From the IMG/VR virus record IMGVR_UViG_3300005083_000010: a stretch of DNA of 64,000 nt; one strand, given 5' to 3'. This document shows, piece after piece, positions 1 through 8,761 of the stretch. The notes under the pieces were generated by a model. The model was not told the origin of the DNA. It worked only from the letters and a program-made list of their open reading frames with translations, and did no database searches. This DNA comes from an uncultured virus (IMG/VR IMGVR_UViG_3300005083_000010). Taxonomy: Duplodnaviria > Heunggongvirae > Uroviricota > Caudoviricetes. Position 1 is the stretch's first letter. The number at the start of each line of letters is the position of its first letter. A program made the position numbers and the translations under genes.

Positions 1-243
1 CTCGTCCGTGGGTTCTTCGTCCGTGGGTTCGTCCATAGGCTCATCGCACTTGTCCTTGTTGCGCCCATCATCTCTGTCGTTGCCCCTGTCGTTGCCCCTG
101 TCGTTGTCCCTGTCCCTGCTGTCATACTTGCCGTAGTCGTTACCGCCCTTATCGCCTGTCGTGCAAGCCCAAGCTCCTACACTTGCGGTGACGACGATTA
201 ACGCTAATGCGATAACCAATAGCTTCTTCAATGTCCTTTTCAT
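1..243 (-). CDS. Secreted or membrane-anchored acidic repeat protein (partial, runs off the window start)
   Basis: Own translation: AAGGAG RBS then MKRTLKKLLVIALALIVVTASVGAWAC (signal peptide), then DRGND and DEEPT repeats; not in the ORF track. Confidence 0.7.
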   Translation of the reverse strand, partial: MKRTLKKLLVIALALIVVTASVGAWACTTGDKGGNDYGKYDSRDRDNDRGNDRGNDRDDGRNKDKCDEPMDEPTDEEPTDE

Positions 244-288
244 GTCTCTTCTCCTTTTTTTTATTATGTAGATTGTTTAGACACCAAA

Positions 289-471
289 TTAGGTTGTTTC
301 CAGTTTTGCCTTGTCCATTGCGGCAAACATTTCATTTATCTTGCTCACATCAGAACGGTCTTTCTGTTTGTAGAATTTGCACACATCGTTTTCCCTACAG
401 TACAGCTGTTTCAACGCTATGCAGCTCCTGTGTGCGTAAAACTCGCAGTCTATTAACGCAAAGTATTTCAT
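289..471 (-). CDS. Small Cys-rich hypothetical protein
   Basis: AAGGAG RBS before MKYFALIDC; four Cys. Confidence 0.6.
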   Translation of the reverse strand: MKYFALIDCEFYAHRSCIALKQLYCRENDVCKFYKQKDRSDVSKINEMFAAMDKAKLETT

Positions 472-484
472 ATGTATCTCCTTT

Positions 485-1129
485 TCACTCCAAAACCCAA
501 ACAACGCCTTGCCTTACCCCGAATTGCATACATTCATCTGTAACGCTCTCGCCCAAGTACACGTCAATGTGCTTGCCCTTTACGCCGCTCCCCGTGTCCT
601 CCGCTGTATACTCCCCGCTCATATCTGCATAAGGTTCGGGGAATTGTAGGTACAAACGCGTACCAAGTGGTATCACCTTCGGGTCAACGGCAACCGTGTG
701 CCGCTCTTGTACCCTCTTGCCGCTCGCTGTTATGCCGTATTCCGGGTGTGACGGCAGCTTGGCGCACGACGCCACCGAGAGATCGTAAGCAGTTAACTTG
801 ACACTCATACCTTCCCCGCGTGGCGTTACCGCTTCTCGCTCCACCTCTGCGCCCCTGTTTGCTTCTATCGCGTCAAGACGTTCTTCCAGTCTGCGCACGA
901 CATCTTCAAGCCTGTCCACTTCTGCTTCAAGCGCCGACGCGTCCACCGACACTTCCACCTCAAGCGGTTCAGCCGCAACAGGTTCTTCCGGTATAACGGA
1001 ATAATCTGACCAGTCCACATGTATCACGGAGTATACAATCCCGTACACGCCGACCGCGAACATGAACGCCAAGGGCAGCACAACCGTTAATATGAATCGC
1101 CCTTTGTTGTTAAGCTTAATATTTCTCAT
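485..1129 (-). CDS. Membrane-anchored 3D-domain protein (MltA/Sps-like lytic transglycosylase fold)
   Basis: N-terminal TM, coiled coil, then TAY...GITASG...VAVDPKVIPLGT...AEDTGSGVKGKHIDVY, typical of 3D domains. Confidence 0.85.
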   Translation of the reverse strand: MRNIKLNNKGRFILTVVLPLAFMFAVGVYGIVYSVIHVDWSDYSVIPEEPVAAEPLEVEVSVDASALEAEVDRLEDVVRRLEERLDAIEANRGAEVEREAVTPRGEGMSVKLTAYDLSVASCAKLPSHPEYGITASGKRVQERHTVAVDPKVIPLGTRLYLQFPEPYADMSGEYTAEDTGSGVKGKHIDVYLGESVTDECMQFGVRQGVVWVLE

Positions 1130-1331
1130 ATGTAAATAACCTCCGTACACGGCTTATCTTTGGGCGGTAACACCCGCGCTCTCTGACGTTGCGCGTACTG
1201 CACACCGCGCCAAGGTGTTTGTTCGCGCACCCCGGCAGGACTAACGTGCATTCCGGCGTGTCGACCTTAATGGATTTTTCAAAATAATACGCGCAGCCCG
1301 CGCCGGGGAAATCTACATACATTTCGGTCAC
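1116..1331 (-). CDS. Small Cys-rich hypothetical protein
   Basis: ORF overlapping both neighbours in the operon. Confidence 0.45.
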   Translation of the reverse strand: MTEMYVDFPGAGCAYYFEKSIKVDTPECTLVLPGCANKHLGAVCSTRNVRERGCYRPKISRVRRLFTYEKY

Positions 1332-1495
1332 CTCACATTTCTAACGCCGCTTAGCGACTGTACCTTTGACTGCCGCTTTCGATTCCTCTCATACTTCCAT
1401 ATGGCGTATTCCGCAAACAACCAACCGGCTATGCAGAGCAGCGCCACTTTGCCTATGATAGGCAAGATAACCTTTGCCACGTCTAACACCGTCAT
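1328..1495 (-). CDS. Small membrane protein (55 aa)
   Basis: Own translation MTVLDVAKVILPIIGKVALLCIAGWLFAEYAIW...; GGAGG RBS, ATGA overlap with upstream gene. Confidence 0.6.
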   Translation of the reverse strand: MTVLDVAKVILPIIGKVALLCIAGWLFAEYAIWKYERNRKRQSKVQSLSGVRNVR

Positions 1496-1701
1496 GCCTC
1501 CTTCTCTACGTCGCCCACATATTCACGCAACGCCGCCTTGCTCATCTTCCACAGCCGTCCGACCTTGAACGCGGGCAACTTTCCTTGTTGCGCAAGCTTT
1601 GCCGCGTTCTCGTAGTTCAAGCCAAGCACGATTGCGGCGGTTGCCAAGTCCAGTACAAGCGGCAATTCATTCCATGATTTAAATACTTTGCGTGTCCTCA
1701 T
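1492..1701 (-). CDS. Excisionase-like helix-turn-helix DNA-binding protein
   Basis: LPLVLDLATAAIVLG...GKLPAFKVGRLWK, MerR-like/HTH_17 Xis pattern. Confidence 0.8.
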   Translation of the reverse strand: MRTRKVFKSWNELPLVLDLATAAIVLGLNYENAAKLAQQGKLPAFKVGRLWKMSKAALREYVGDVEKEA

Positions 1702-1714
1702 GTGCGCGATCTCC

Positions 1715-2500
1715 TTATACCTCCACTTCTCGCCCAAGCTTATCTTTGATAAAATCAACCACACGCGGATACCAGAAGATTTCGTAATCCGTGTACCCGT
1801 GATTCGTGAACGGGCGCATTTCGCCGTACTCTTTACCCGCTTCGGTAAGCACCCATCTGTGCTTCTTGCCTTTTTGCACCTTCTCTTGAAGCCCCTCCGC
1901 GTATAGAAACTTGTTCAAGTCGATTACGCTAAGCCCCACCTGCTCGGAAATGCCCGCAACCTTAACCGCTTTCATGTTCTCCACGTCTTCCCGCGCAGGC
2001 AGAAGCGCCTTATACTCGCGGAAGTCCTCACCCGTTATACGCTCCGCGCGGTCTACCGCGTTGCTGTAGGCAAGCCCCACAGGTACATTCCACTTCTTTG
2101 CTATCAACTCCGCATTGCGGATCTCGTCGCGGAATACAACGCCGCTGAGTTTCTCCCGCTTCTTCTTTTGCGGTATGCTGTAACTGCCCGTCCTGCGGAT
2201 CGTGGGTATGATCTCTCCTGCTATCCACATCTGAAACGGAAGCGCCCCCGGCTTGTCCGAACGCGCAAGAAAGAAATACAGTCCCTGCTCTGAAAGCACC
2301 ACCATTTCCTGAATCCCCGAAGGGGTCTGAACCGATGTGACCCCCCTCCAATCTTCCGGTACATGCGCTATTGCCGCTTGTCCTTTCCATGCATATCCAA
2401 GCAGTTCGCACACGTCCTTAGCGACTACCCACGGCTCCCCGTCTTTGACAACCGTCCTTACCTCTTTCCCTTCGTAATTGAATAATTGCAGCTCGTTCAT
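1715..2500 (-). CDS. Bro-N phage antirepressor
   Basis: FNYEGKEVRTV..GEPWVVAKDVC..SEQGLY..RSDKP..IPTIRRTGSY Bro-N; KilA-C-like tail (WVLTEAGKEY). Confidence 0.9.
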   Translation of the reverse strand: MNELQLFNYEGKEVRTVVKDGEPWVVAKDVCELLGYAWKGQAAIAHVPEDWRGVTSVQTPSGIQEMVVLSEQGLYFFLARSDKPGALPFQMWIAGEIIPTIRRTGSYSIPQKKKREKLSGVVFRDEIRNAELIAKKWNVPVGLAYSNAVDRAERITGEDFREYKALLPAREDVENMKAVKVAGISEQVGLSVIDLNKFLYAEGLQEKVQKGKKHRWVLTEAGKEYGEMRPFTNHGYTDYEIFWYPRVVDFIKDKLGREVEV

Positions 2501-2739
2501 TCGTTTGAATCCTCCCTCTTAAAATAAAAATCATCTGGCGAAACTTGTAACGCTTTGCATATGGCTAAAAATTCTGTAGCCGAAAGCGACCGTCTCCGAT
2601 TAAAAACCGCACCCAACTTCGCACCGTCAAATGTAGGGGGCGCTCCGTAAAAAACCGCTTTTTTTGCAACCCCGCTTAAAGTGCGACCTTCGTCTTTGAT
2701 GTGCTGTGCAAGTGCGCTTACCGTGTCCAATTCCTTCAC
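2497..2739 (-). CDS. Cro-like HTH regulator (immunity region 1)
   Basis: 80 aa, EFLAICKALQVSPDDF XRE-like end, divergent from cI. Confidence 0.75.
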   Translation of the reverse strand: MKELDTVSALAQHIKDEGRTLSGVAKKAVFYGAPPTFDGAKLGAVFNRRRSLSATEFLAICKALQVSPDDFYFKREDSNE

Positions 2740-2747
2740 CTCCTTCG

Positions 2748-2856
2748 TTCGAGAATTTCTCTAATATTTGTAGTGTAATCGAGTGTTTCTCAAATGTCAA
2801 CAGTTATTTTGAGTTTTCCTTGAATTATTTTTTATGATTGCGGTATACTTTAATCC
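2748..2856. promoter_or_regulatory. Divergent cro/cI promoters with three operator-like imperfect palindromes GAG-N5-CTC
   Basis: ttcGAGAATTTCTCtaa, atcGAGTGTTTCTCaaa, tttGAGTTTTCCTTgaa; TTGACA on minus and TATACT on plus. Confidence 0.65.
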
Positions 2857-2868
2857 GGAGGACATTAC

Positions 2869-3438
2869 ATGAGCGTACTAAGTAGCAGGATCCGCGAATG
2901 CCGTGAACGCAAAGGCTTAAAGCAATCTGACCTTGAAAAGATCCTCGGCGTGAAAAACGGCGTTGTTTCAAACTGGGAGCGGGATATTAACAGACCTGAC
3001 GTAGACAAGCTAATGCAGCTTTGCGACGCATTGGATACTACGCCGTCATACCTGTTAAATCACCCCTCCGAAAGTGTGTATATACGTCCCCACGGGCAGC
3101 AGCCCGTACCCATGTTGGGCGGTGTCGCGGCACTCGGTGCAGAGATTAAGTGTGACTTCTGTCTGTACGCCAAGGGCGAATCCATGTTACCTACTATCCA
3201 CGACGGCGACATCGTGTTTGTTCGGAAACAACCCACCGTTGAGACCGGTGAGATAGCCGCCGTCATGATTGACGATGAAGTAACGCTTAGGCGCTTCTAC
3301 CGAAGCGGTCACACGGTTATGCTTGTATCCGATAACCCCGCATACCCGCCCCTTGTGTATGCAAACATAACAGATGTGCGCATACTTGGGCTTGCCGTGG
3401 CGATTGAACGCGACATCTCTATACCCCCTCCTATTTAG
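2869..3438 (+). CDS. CI/LexA-like repressor (XRE HTH + S24 domain), catalytically degenerate
   Basis: HTH (VSNWERDINRP), GESM serine motif, VTLRRF where TLKRF is expected. Confidence 0.9.
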   Translation: MSVLSSRIRECRERKGLKQSDLEKILGVKNGVVSNWERDINRPDVDKLMQLCDALDTTPSYLLNHPSESVYIRPHGQQPVPMLGGVAALGAEIKCDFCLYAKGESMLPTIHDGDIVFVRKQPTVETGEIAAVMIDDEVTLRRFYRSGHTVMLVSDNPAYPPLVYANITDVRILGLAVAIERDISIPPPI

Positions 3439-4222
3439 GTTCCTCTCCTATCGCGATTTGCTCTTTCCCGATGTACTTGTTGATGAAGTATTCCTGTCCT
3501 TTGCCTGTCACCTTAGCGGTCTTGTGTATTCTGCTTACGCCGCCCGAGTGTATGACCGCCGTTTCCTTTATGCGGAACAGTCCAAGCTCCATTGCCCTTT
3601 GCGTCGGCATGTTATAGTCCGCGCCCTCGCGCTTGATTAGGTACCCGTCTTCCCTCAATCGCTCAAAGAAACGCTTCTGTCCGGTGTTCATGCCATTGCC
3701 TTTGAGTATCTTTGCCATGTCGCCGATTAGAATAGTGTCCTCGGAGCATGAAACCGAATCCGCAAACAGCACTTTCGGCTTGTCCGCTTCTATCTGCAAC
3801 TGCAATTTCTCTTTCGCGGCGCGTTCGTCTTTAAGCGCCGTCAGCGTTGCAATCAGGAAGTCCGGATCCCCTAATATCCGCTCCGCCGTTTCCGTTGTCG
3901 CGTACATGCCGTACTTGCGTATTGCCGGTAACACCTCGTGCGTTATCCACCTCTTGAATTGTTTCGCCTCCGGCTTGTCGGAGCGTATGATTACGTTGTA
4001 CACTCCCGCTTCGTTGATGATGGTTGTTTCTTGGTTTCTGCCTAATGCGTCGATGATATGAGTTTGGCTCACCTCATCTTCCTCAAGCCGTTCTGCTACA
4101 CGTGCGGGGGTAGTAAGCCCCAATACTTCACACACATCTCTAAGCACCCACCACGGCTCGCCGTCTCGGATAACAGTCCTGACTTGCTTTCCTTCGTAAT
4201 TGAATAGCTGTAAATCGTTCAT
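3431..4222 (-). CDS. Bro-N + ANT/KilA-C phage antirepressor
   Basis: Bro-N start; KPKVLFADSV..NMPTQRAMELGLF..KVTGKGQEYF. Confidence 0.92.
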   Translation of the reverse strand: MNDLQLFNYEGKQVRTVIRDGEPWWVLRDVCEVLGLTTPARVAERLEEDEVSQTHIIDALGRNQETTIINEAGVYNVIIRSDKPEAKQFKRWITHEVLPAIRKYGMYATTETAERILGDPDFLIATLTALKDERAAKEKLQLQIEADKPKVLFADSVSCSEDTILIGDMAKILKGNGMNTGQKRFFERLREDGYLIKREGADYNMPTQRAMELGLFRIKETAVIHSGGVSRIHKTAKVTGKGQEYFINKYIGKEQIAIGEEPK

Positions 4223-4467
4223 GCATTCGCCTCCTTAAGATCGTTATCCCTATTTAGGGACGGTTCGGTTAAAAAAATATCGCACTTCAAATTCGTGTCA
4301 GTAATGCCTAACACGTCGCATATGCGGGATACTTCCCGTGTGTCAAATGCGTTTCTTCCTAAAAGCTTTCTTGACATAGATTGCGGGCTAATTCCAATTA
4401 GTTTGCTTAATTTGCTCTGGTTAACTCCCGCTAAAGCCATCTGCGATTTAAGCAAATGTACATTCAT
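4219..4467 (-). CDS. Cro-like HTH regulator (immunity region 2)
   Basis: GGAGGT RBS; LSKLIGISPQSMSRKL HTH, DIF end. Confidence 0.8.
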   Translation of the reverse strand: MNVHLLKSQMALAGVNQSKLSKLIGISPQSMSRKLLGRNAFDTREVSRICDVLGITDTNLKCDIFLTEPSLNRDNDLKEANA

Positions 4468-4499
4468 TTGTGGTATCCACCTCCTATCCAACAGCGATT

Positions 4500-4635
4500 T
4501 TTCATTATCCCCGTTTAGGGATATATGTAATATAACAGTAACACAAAGATTTGTCAACCCAATTTAGGGATAAATTTTAAAAATTTTTTAAACGCGTTGT
4601 AATTTAGGGATAATACGGTTATCCTTTATATAAAG
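4500..4635. promoter_or_regulatory. Divergent promoter/operator region 2 with repeated (T)CCC-N3-TTTAGGGA operators
   Basis: tatccccgtttagggata, acccaatttagggata, gtaatttagggata; a fourth copy at about 4245-4260; TTGACA on minus. Confidence 0.65.
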
Positions 4636-4801
4636 GAGTAGTGACTATGAGTGTTACGAGTGACAGGCTAAAAGACTTAGTTGAAAAAAGCGAATATACT
4701 TTTGAAAAGTTAGGAAAGATAACGGGCATAGCTAAATCATCTATACAGCGTTACGCCTCCGGCAGTACCTATAAAATACCGGTGGACGCCATAGAAAAAT
4801 T

Positions 4802-4839
4802 AGCTGATTGCGTGGGTTCGATTCCCATCACCCGCTTCA
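4802..4839 (+). other. 3' half of tRNA-Gly (attP-core-like fragment; not an intact tRNA)
   Basis: GCTGA (anticodon stem 3' side), TTGC, GTGGG-TTCGATT-CCCAT (T arm), CACCCGC (acceptor), T discriminator; no 5' half upstream. Confidence 0.85.
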
Positions 4840-4843
4840 CCGC

Positions 4844-4877
4844 AAAACCGCTGAAATCAAAGGTTTCAGCGGTTTTT
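4844..4877. terminator. Hairpin terminator after the tRNA fragment
   Basis: AAAACCGCTGAAA-tcaaagg-TTTCAGCGGTTTT. Confidence 0.8.
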
Positions 4878-4953
4878 CCATGTCAACGATTTCCAGTAAA
4901 ATCGGCTTATTTCGTCTTAAAATTGATAAATTGTTCGTAAAAAGTTCGTAAAG

Positions 4954-4980
4954 AAAACCCCTCGATTTCGAGAGGTTTTT
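4954..4980. terminator. Terminator at the end of the late (lysis) operon
   Basis: AAAACCCCTCG-attt-CGAGAGGTTTT. Confidence 0.7.
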
Positions 4981-5000
4981 GGCTTATTGCATGTGCGTTT

Positions 5001-5318
5001 TTACGTTGCGGCGGATTCGCCTGTGTGTTCGTACACCGCAGCTTCTATCAGCGCATTTAAATCCGCAGAGCTTAGGTTTAGCTTGAAGCCCTTCGCCGCT
5101 AAGAAGTCCTCCACGTACAGCTTCTTTTTCGCGCCCACGTCCTCAAGCTCGTCTTGATAAATCTTCTCGGCGGCTTGCACCGCTATAGCCACCCAATGTT
5201 GCACTTGCTCAAGCTTCGCCGTTCCTATCTTCGTTTTAATCCACGGGATAAGGAAACCTGTTATCAGCGCCGCCGCCAAGGCTATTATCGCGTTTAGTAT
5301 CGGTGTTAAATCAATCAT
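5001..5318 (-). CDS. Holin (LL-H-like)
   Basis: Single N-terminal TM; AVQAAEKI..KKLYV..IEAAVYE. Confidence 0.85.
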   Translation of the reverse strand: MIDLTPILNAIIALAAALITGFLIPWIKTKIGTAKLEQVQHWVAIAVQAAEKIYQDELEDVGAKKKLYVEDFLAAKGFKLNLSSADLNALIEAAVYEHTGESAAT

Positions 5319-5332
5319 GTGTTTCCCCTTTC

Positions 5333-6169
5333 TTACCAGTAAATAATGTTGTTAAGCACTCGCGTTGTCGAGAACAGCATTGTGTTGTCCACACACAAAT
5401 TGCAGCTCCCGCCCGCGTCAAGTGCGACCGCCCCTTCAAGCCCCAAAAACTCATATGCCGTGCGCTGTGCTTGCTTGTGTCCGCTCCCCTGACGCGTGGC
5501 AAAGACTATCTTGCCGTCCTTTACCCCGATTAGCGTTCGGTTGCACACTCGCCCGACTTCTGACGCGCACCACCCCTCCGACGCAATGCTTGCCGCCGTG
5601 TCGCCGGAGGGCGGTACATACCAATGTTGGCAAGCAAAGTGAAGCTTGTCCACGTCGGGAACGATGTGCTTGTCGTAAAACTGCCCGACCTTCACCGTGC
5701 CGTCCTTGTACACAAGCAGCGTCCCTGTCGGCGTCTCACCCGACCATATGTTCTTCTTTTCCCGCAGCACCTTACCTTCCGAGATGAGCCAACCTATGGT
5801 GTTCGGCGGCGCGAAATTGTTACCGTTCGTGAAGTTAGTGTACCCGAGCGCCTTTATCTGCGGACCCGTCTTTGTTATCTGCGCGGCTTTAAGCGACATC
5901 GGATCCACGGTGACGGTGTGCACGGTTAAAAGCGCCGTCCACGTTTTCTGTCCTACAATGCCGTCGGCGACCAAGCAGCACGCAGACTGAAACGACTTTA
6001 CCGCTGAAAGTGTTTTCGCGCCGAACGCGCCGTCGACCGTCCCGCACGCAAACCCGCCGCCGTTTAGCTCTGTTTGCAATAGCTTAACCGCCGTGCCTTT
6101 GCTCCCCTGCCGCACCGTGTCTTTCGGTATAGCCTTTATGGTCTGCTTCTGATAAGTGTATGCGCTCAT
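5333..6169 (-). CDS. Endolysin-like protein: PG-binding domain + phosphodiester glycosidase (NAGPA-like) domain
   Basis: GSKGTAVKLLQ..VDGAFGAKT..FQ..ADGIVGQKTW (PG_binding_1); NRTLIG..LDAGGS; GGAGG RBS. Confidence 0.8.
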   Translation of the reverse strand: MSAYTYQKQTIKAIPKDTVRQGSKGTAVKLLQTELNGGGFACGTVDGAFGAKTLSAVKSFQSACCLVADGIVGQKTWTALLTVHTVTVDPMSLKAAQITKTGPQIKALGYTNFTNGNNFAPPNTIGWLISEGKVLREKKNIWSGETPTGTLLVYKDGTVKVGQFYDKHIVPDVDKLHFACQHWYVPPSGDTAASIASEGWCASEVGRVCNRTLIGVKDGKIVFATRQGSGHKQAQRTAYEFLGLEGAVALDAGGSCNLCVDNTMLFSTTRVLNNIIYW

Positions 6170-6180
6170 GTGTTCCTCCC

Positions 6181-8757
6181 TTATATCGTAATATTGCCTA
6201 ACGCGTTCAAGCCTGTCGTCGAACTCCACACACCCGTATTCGCAAGCCTGATGTAGAACTTGTATATCGTGTACAGAGTGCTGAACGCGGGGCGAATCCG
6301 CAAGTATGCCGCCCACGTGCCGCTTGCTATGCCGCTCGGCAGCGTGAGGTAGTAATCCTTTGTGAACGCCGTGCCGCACTCCCAGAAACGCGGATCGTCG
6401 CTAATCGGCAGCTCTACGTCCGTGTACCCGTCACGCTTAAGCACAAGCGCAATCTCCTGCTGTTTCGTCAGATTGCCCCAACCGTCGTTGCGCAGATTAA
6501 GCTGACACCTAAGCGTGTTGCCCGACACACCGAAGCCCGCAGACGTAAGCCGGAACCTGTAACCCATCATAGCGCCGAACGCCTTGTAAGCCGTGGCGAA
6601 ATTCGGATATGTCGTGGTGTCTGCAACCCAAAGGTTTAAAACGTCCGTGTCATACTCGGAGTGTATGTTGTTCACATGGTCAAGCGCCATGCGCGTACCC
6701 GCCGCCGGTGCTTGATTTAGCGTGTTGCCGCCCGGGTCGTCAAACAACTCTACGCTAAACGGCGTGTATAGCGTATGGTTTGGCACCCACGCCCGCTCTT
6801 GCGTGGCGTTGTATGCCGTCTCATTGTTCGCGCCCTTTAGGCTGTCAAACGTCCCCGCGTCTGTGCTTGAGTACAAATAGCCGTCATTGTGATACGCGAT
6901 TCGCCCCTGCCGCGTGTTCGTGTACGCTGTATCCGCGTTCTGCGTCGCCGTCCAACCGGTGGCGTCACGCATGTATCTCGGGCGGCGCAAGTTTATCGGT
7001 ATTGACGCGGGCAGAGTATTCATCCACTCTGTAATAACCTGTTCACGGTAAGTCTGCGAGGGCAAGCCCGTCCCCGAACCGCTGCTCCCGTCATAGTAGG
7101 ACGTGTGCCATTCGCCCCACGGTCCGAACATGCCCGCGTGCACGCTTAGGATTATATCTTCGTATGGCGCAAGCACCGCCGCAACGCTGTCAATGTGCGA
7201 TAAGAGCGTTGATATGCTTGTAGGCTCGGGCTTGCTCGCACCGCTCCAGTCGTACGCGGCGCGGAACATTACGCCTATGCCGCCCGACCGGCACCGGCTA
7301 AGCGTCGTTGAAAGCGTCGATGTGCTTGGCGTCCCGCTTGATGGCAGCGTAAGCTCCCACAAGAGAAGCGGATTAAAGTTGTTGTACATCGAGGTCAAAC
7401 TGCTTGTGCTCGGCGCGGAATCCTCATACATGCGATACCACCCGCGCCAAGGATTGCAGAAGTCGCTGAAATCTTCCGTGAAGCTGTACGTGGTAGTAAT
7501 CGCGATGTCGCCGCTGTCGCCTCCACCGCTGTCGCCGCCCCCGCTGTCGCCTCCACCGCTGTCACCGCCTCCGCTGTCACCGCCTCCGCTGTCACCGCCG
7601 CCGCTGTCACCGCCTCCGCTGTCGCCTCCACCGCTGTCGCCGCCGCCTCCGACGTTATCCCCGATTGTTCCTTCGCCGTCCCATATCATGAACTCGTTTT
7701 CATATATGCGCGGATCTATCCTCTCAACGCCGGACTTGTCCACGTAAATAATCTTCGAGATCTCGGTGCTTGCAATCGCCCCGCCTGTTGGTTTCACCCA
7801 ATAAAACAGCGTTAAATCCGAATCCACCGCTTCAAGCGTCAACGTAAACGAGATTGCCACATCGTATATGTATGCGGTCGTCGAACTTGAAACCCTGCTT
7901 GCCCCTACGGGAAAGTGGACGGAATACGCGTCAACCGCTCCGATTTGCCGCGTATAGAAGTAATCCGTCGCGGAGTTGTACTGGCAGAAGCAGTTAACCG
8001 ATGAGCCTATCGTTATGCCAAGCGTCGAAAACGGTATAGTGACGCTCGATTCAGCCGTGGTGTTTGTGTGTGCTACAGGTGTGAAGCTTGATATTTGCGA
8101 CCATGACCACGTGCTGCTACCTGCTGTCCCTGTGTATTGATATAGCCTGCATTTAGTCGCGGAACTCCAATCAACGTAATAGTCATAGCCCATGTTCGTG
8201 CCGTCATAGTTGTACCCGGTTGCGGTATTGCCATCTGCGTTTATCAGAAACATACACTTGCTTATCGTGAGAGTACCCTTGAAGCTGATAATGATATTGG
8301 TGCCATCATCTGTAACGAAGAATCCCGACGTTGGCGCGGGCACCACAATAGCCCCTGAAACGGCGTCACGGATAAGCGACATATCGTCTGTGGTAAGCGC
8401 GGACGTGTAATCGGTCGCCGTCGTGGTAAGACTGCCGAGGCTTGTCGCGGTATTAAGCGTAGGCGCGCTTGCCGCCATTGCCCCTGCGCAAAGATTCGCC
8501 CTGCTTGCGTTTGCCGCACCCGCGCGTATTGTAACCGTGGCACCTGTTACGGCAGACACCGCCGCGCCGCCTATCTCCGCCGCAACGCTCGACAAGTCAA
8601 ACGTGAAATCTATCCAAGGCGCGGTAACGCTTGACGATATTGCGCGGCTTGCGTAAGTCGTAAGCGAATTGTCATAAGCGTTTGCTATATTTGTCCACGT
8701 GCTTGAGCCGTTTACCCCACTTGTCGGGCGCTGTGCGGTTATCGTTACATCACTCAT
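6181..8757 (-). CDS. Virion-associated putative glycoside hydrolase/depolymerase (DUF4874/DUF4832-like C-terminal half)
   Basis: NPWRGWY, FRAAYD, AGMFGPWGEWH, HNDGYL, GYRF motifs; Ser/Thr-rich beta N-terminus; (GGGDS)n linker. Confidence 0.7.
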   Translation of the reverse strand: MSDVTITAQRPTSGVNGSSTWTNIANAYDNSLTTYASRAISSSVTAPWIDFTFDLSSVAAEIGGAAVSAVTGATVTIRAGAANASRANLCAGAMAASAPTLNTATSLGSLTTTATDYTSALTTDDMSLIRDAVSGAIVVPAPTSGFFVTDDGTNIIISFKGTLTISKCMFLINADGNTATGYNYDGTNMGYDYYVDWSSATKCRLYQYTGTAGSSTWSWSQISSFTPVAHTNTTAESSVTIPFSTLGITIGSSVNCFCQYNSATDYFYTRQIGAVDAYSVHFPVGASRVSSSTTAYIYDVAISFTLTLEAVDSDLTLFYWVKPTGGAIASTEISKIIYVDKSGVERIDPRIYENEFMIWDGEGTIGDNVGGGGDSGGGDSGGGDSGGGDSGGGDSGGGDSGGGDSGGGDSGGGDSGDIAITTTYSFTEDFSDFCNPWRGWYRMYEDSAPSTSSLTSMYNNFNPLLLWELTLPSSGTPSTSTLSTTLSRCRSGGIGVMFRAAYDWSGASKPEPTSISTLLSHIDSVAAVLAPYEDIILSVHAGMFGPWGEWHTSYYDGSSGSGTGLPSQTYREQVITEWMNTLPASIPINLRRPRYMRDATGWTATQNADTAYTNTRQGRIAYHNDGYLYSSTDAGTFDSLKGANNETAYNATQERAWVPNHTLYTPFSVELFDDPGGNTLNQAPAAGTRMALDHVNNIHSEYDTDVLNLWVADTTTYPNFATAYKAFGAMMGYRFRLTSAGFGVSGNTLRCQLNLRNDGWGNLTKQQEIALVLKRDGYTDVELPISDDPRFWECGTAFTKDYYLTLPSGIASGTWAAYLRIRPAFSTLYTIYKFYIRLANTGVWSSTTGLNALGNITI
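7506..7648 (-). repeat. 15-bp tandem repeat encoding a (GGGDS) linker, about nine units
   Basis: ccgctgtcRccKcc repeated at 15-bp period. Confidence 0.9.
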
Positions 8758-8761
8758 GCTA

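Larger units (their letters stand above)
4641..4940 (+). pseudogene. Truncated CI-like XRE repressor; HTH intact, C-terminus replaced by tRNA/att sequence
   Basis: LGKITGIAKSSIQRYASG..IPVDAIEKLA, then the frame runs through the tRNA fragment and terminator. Confidence 0.7.

Noticed and set aside
4770..4839. Intact tRNA-Gly gene
   Set aside because: No 5' acceptor strand, D arm or anticodon upstream; ends TCA, not CCA
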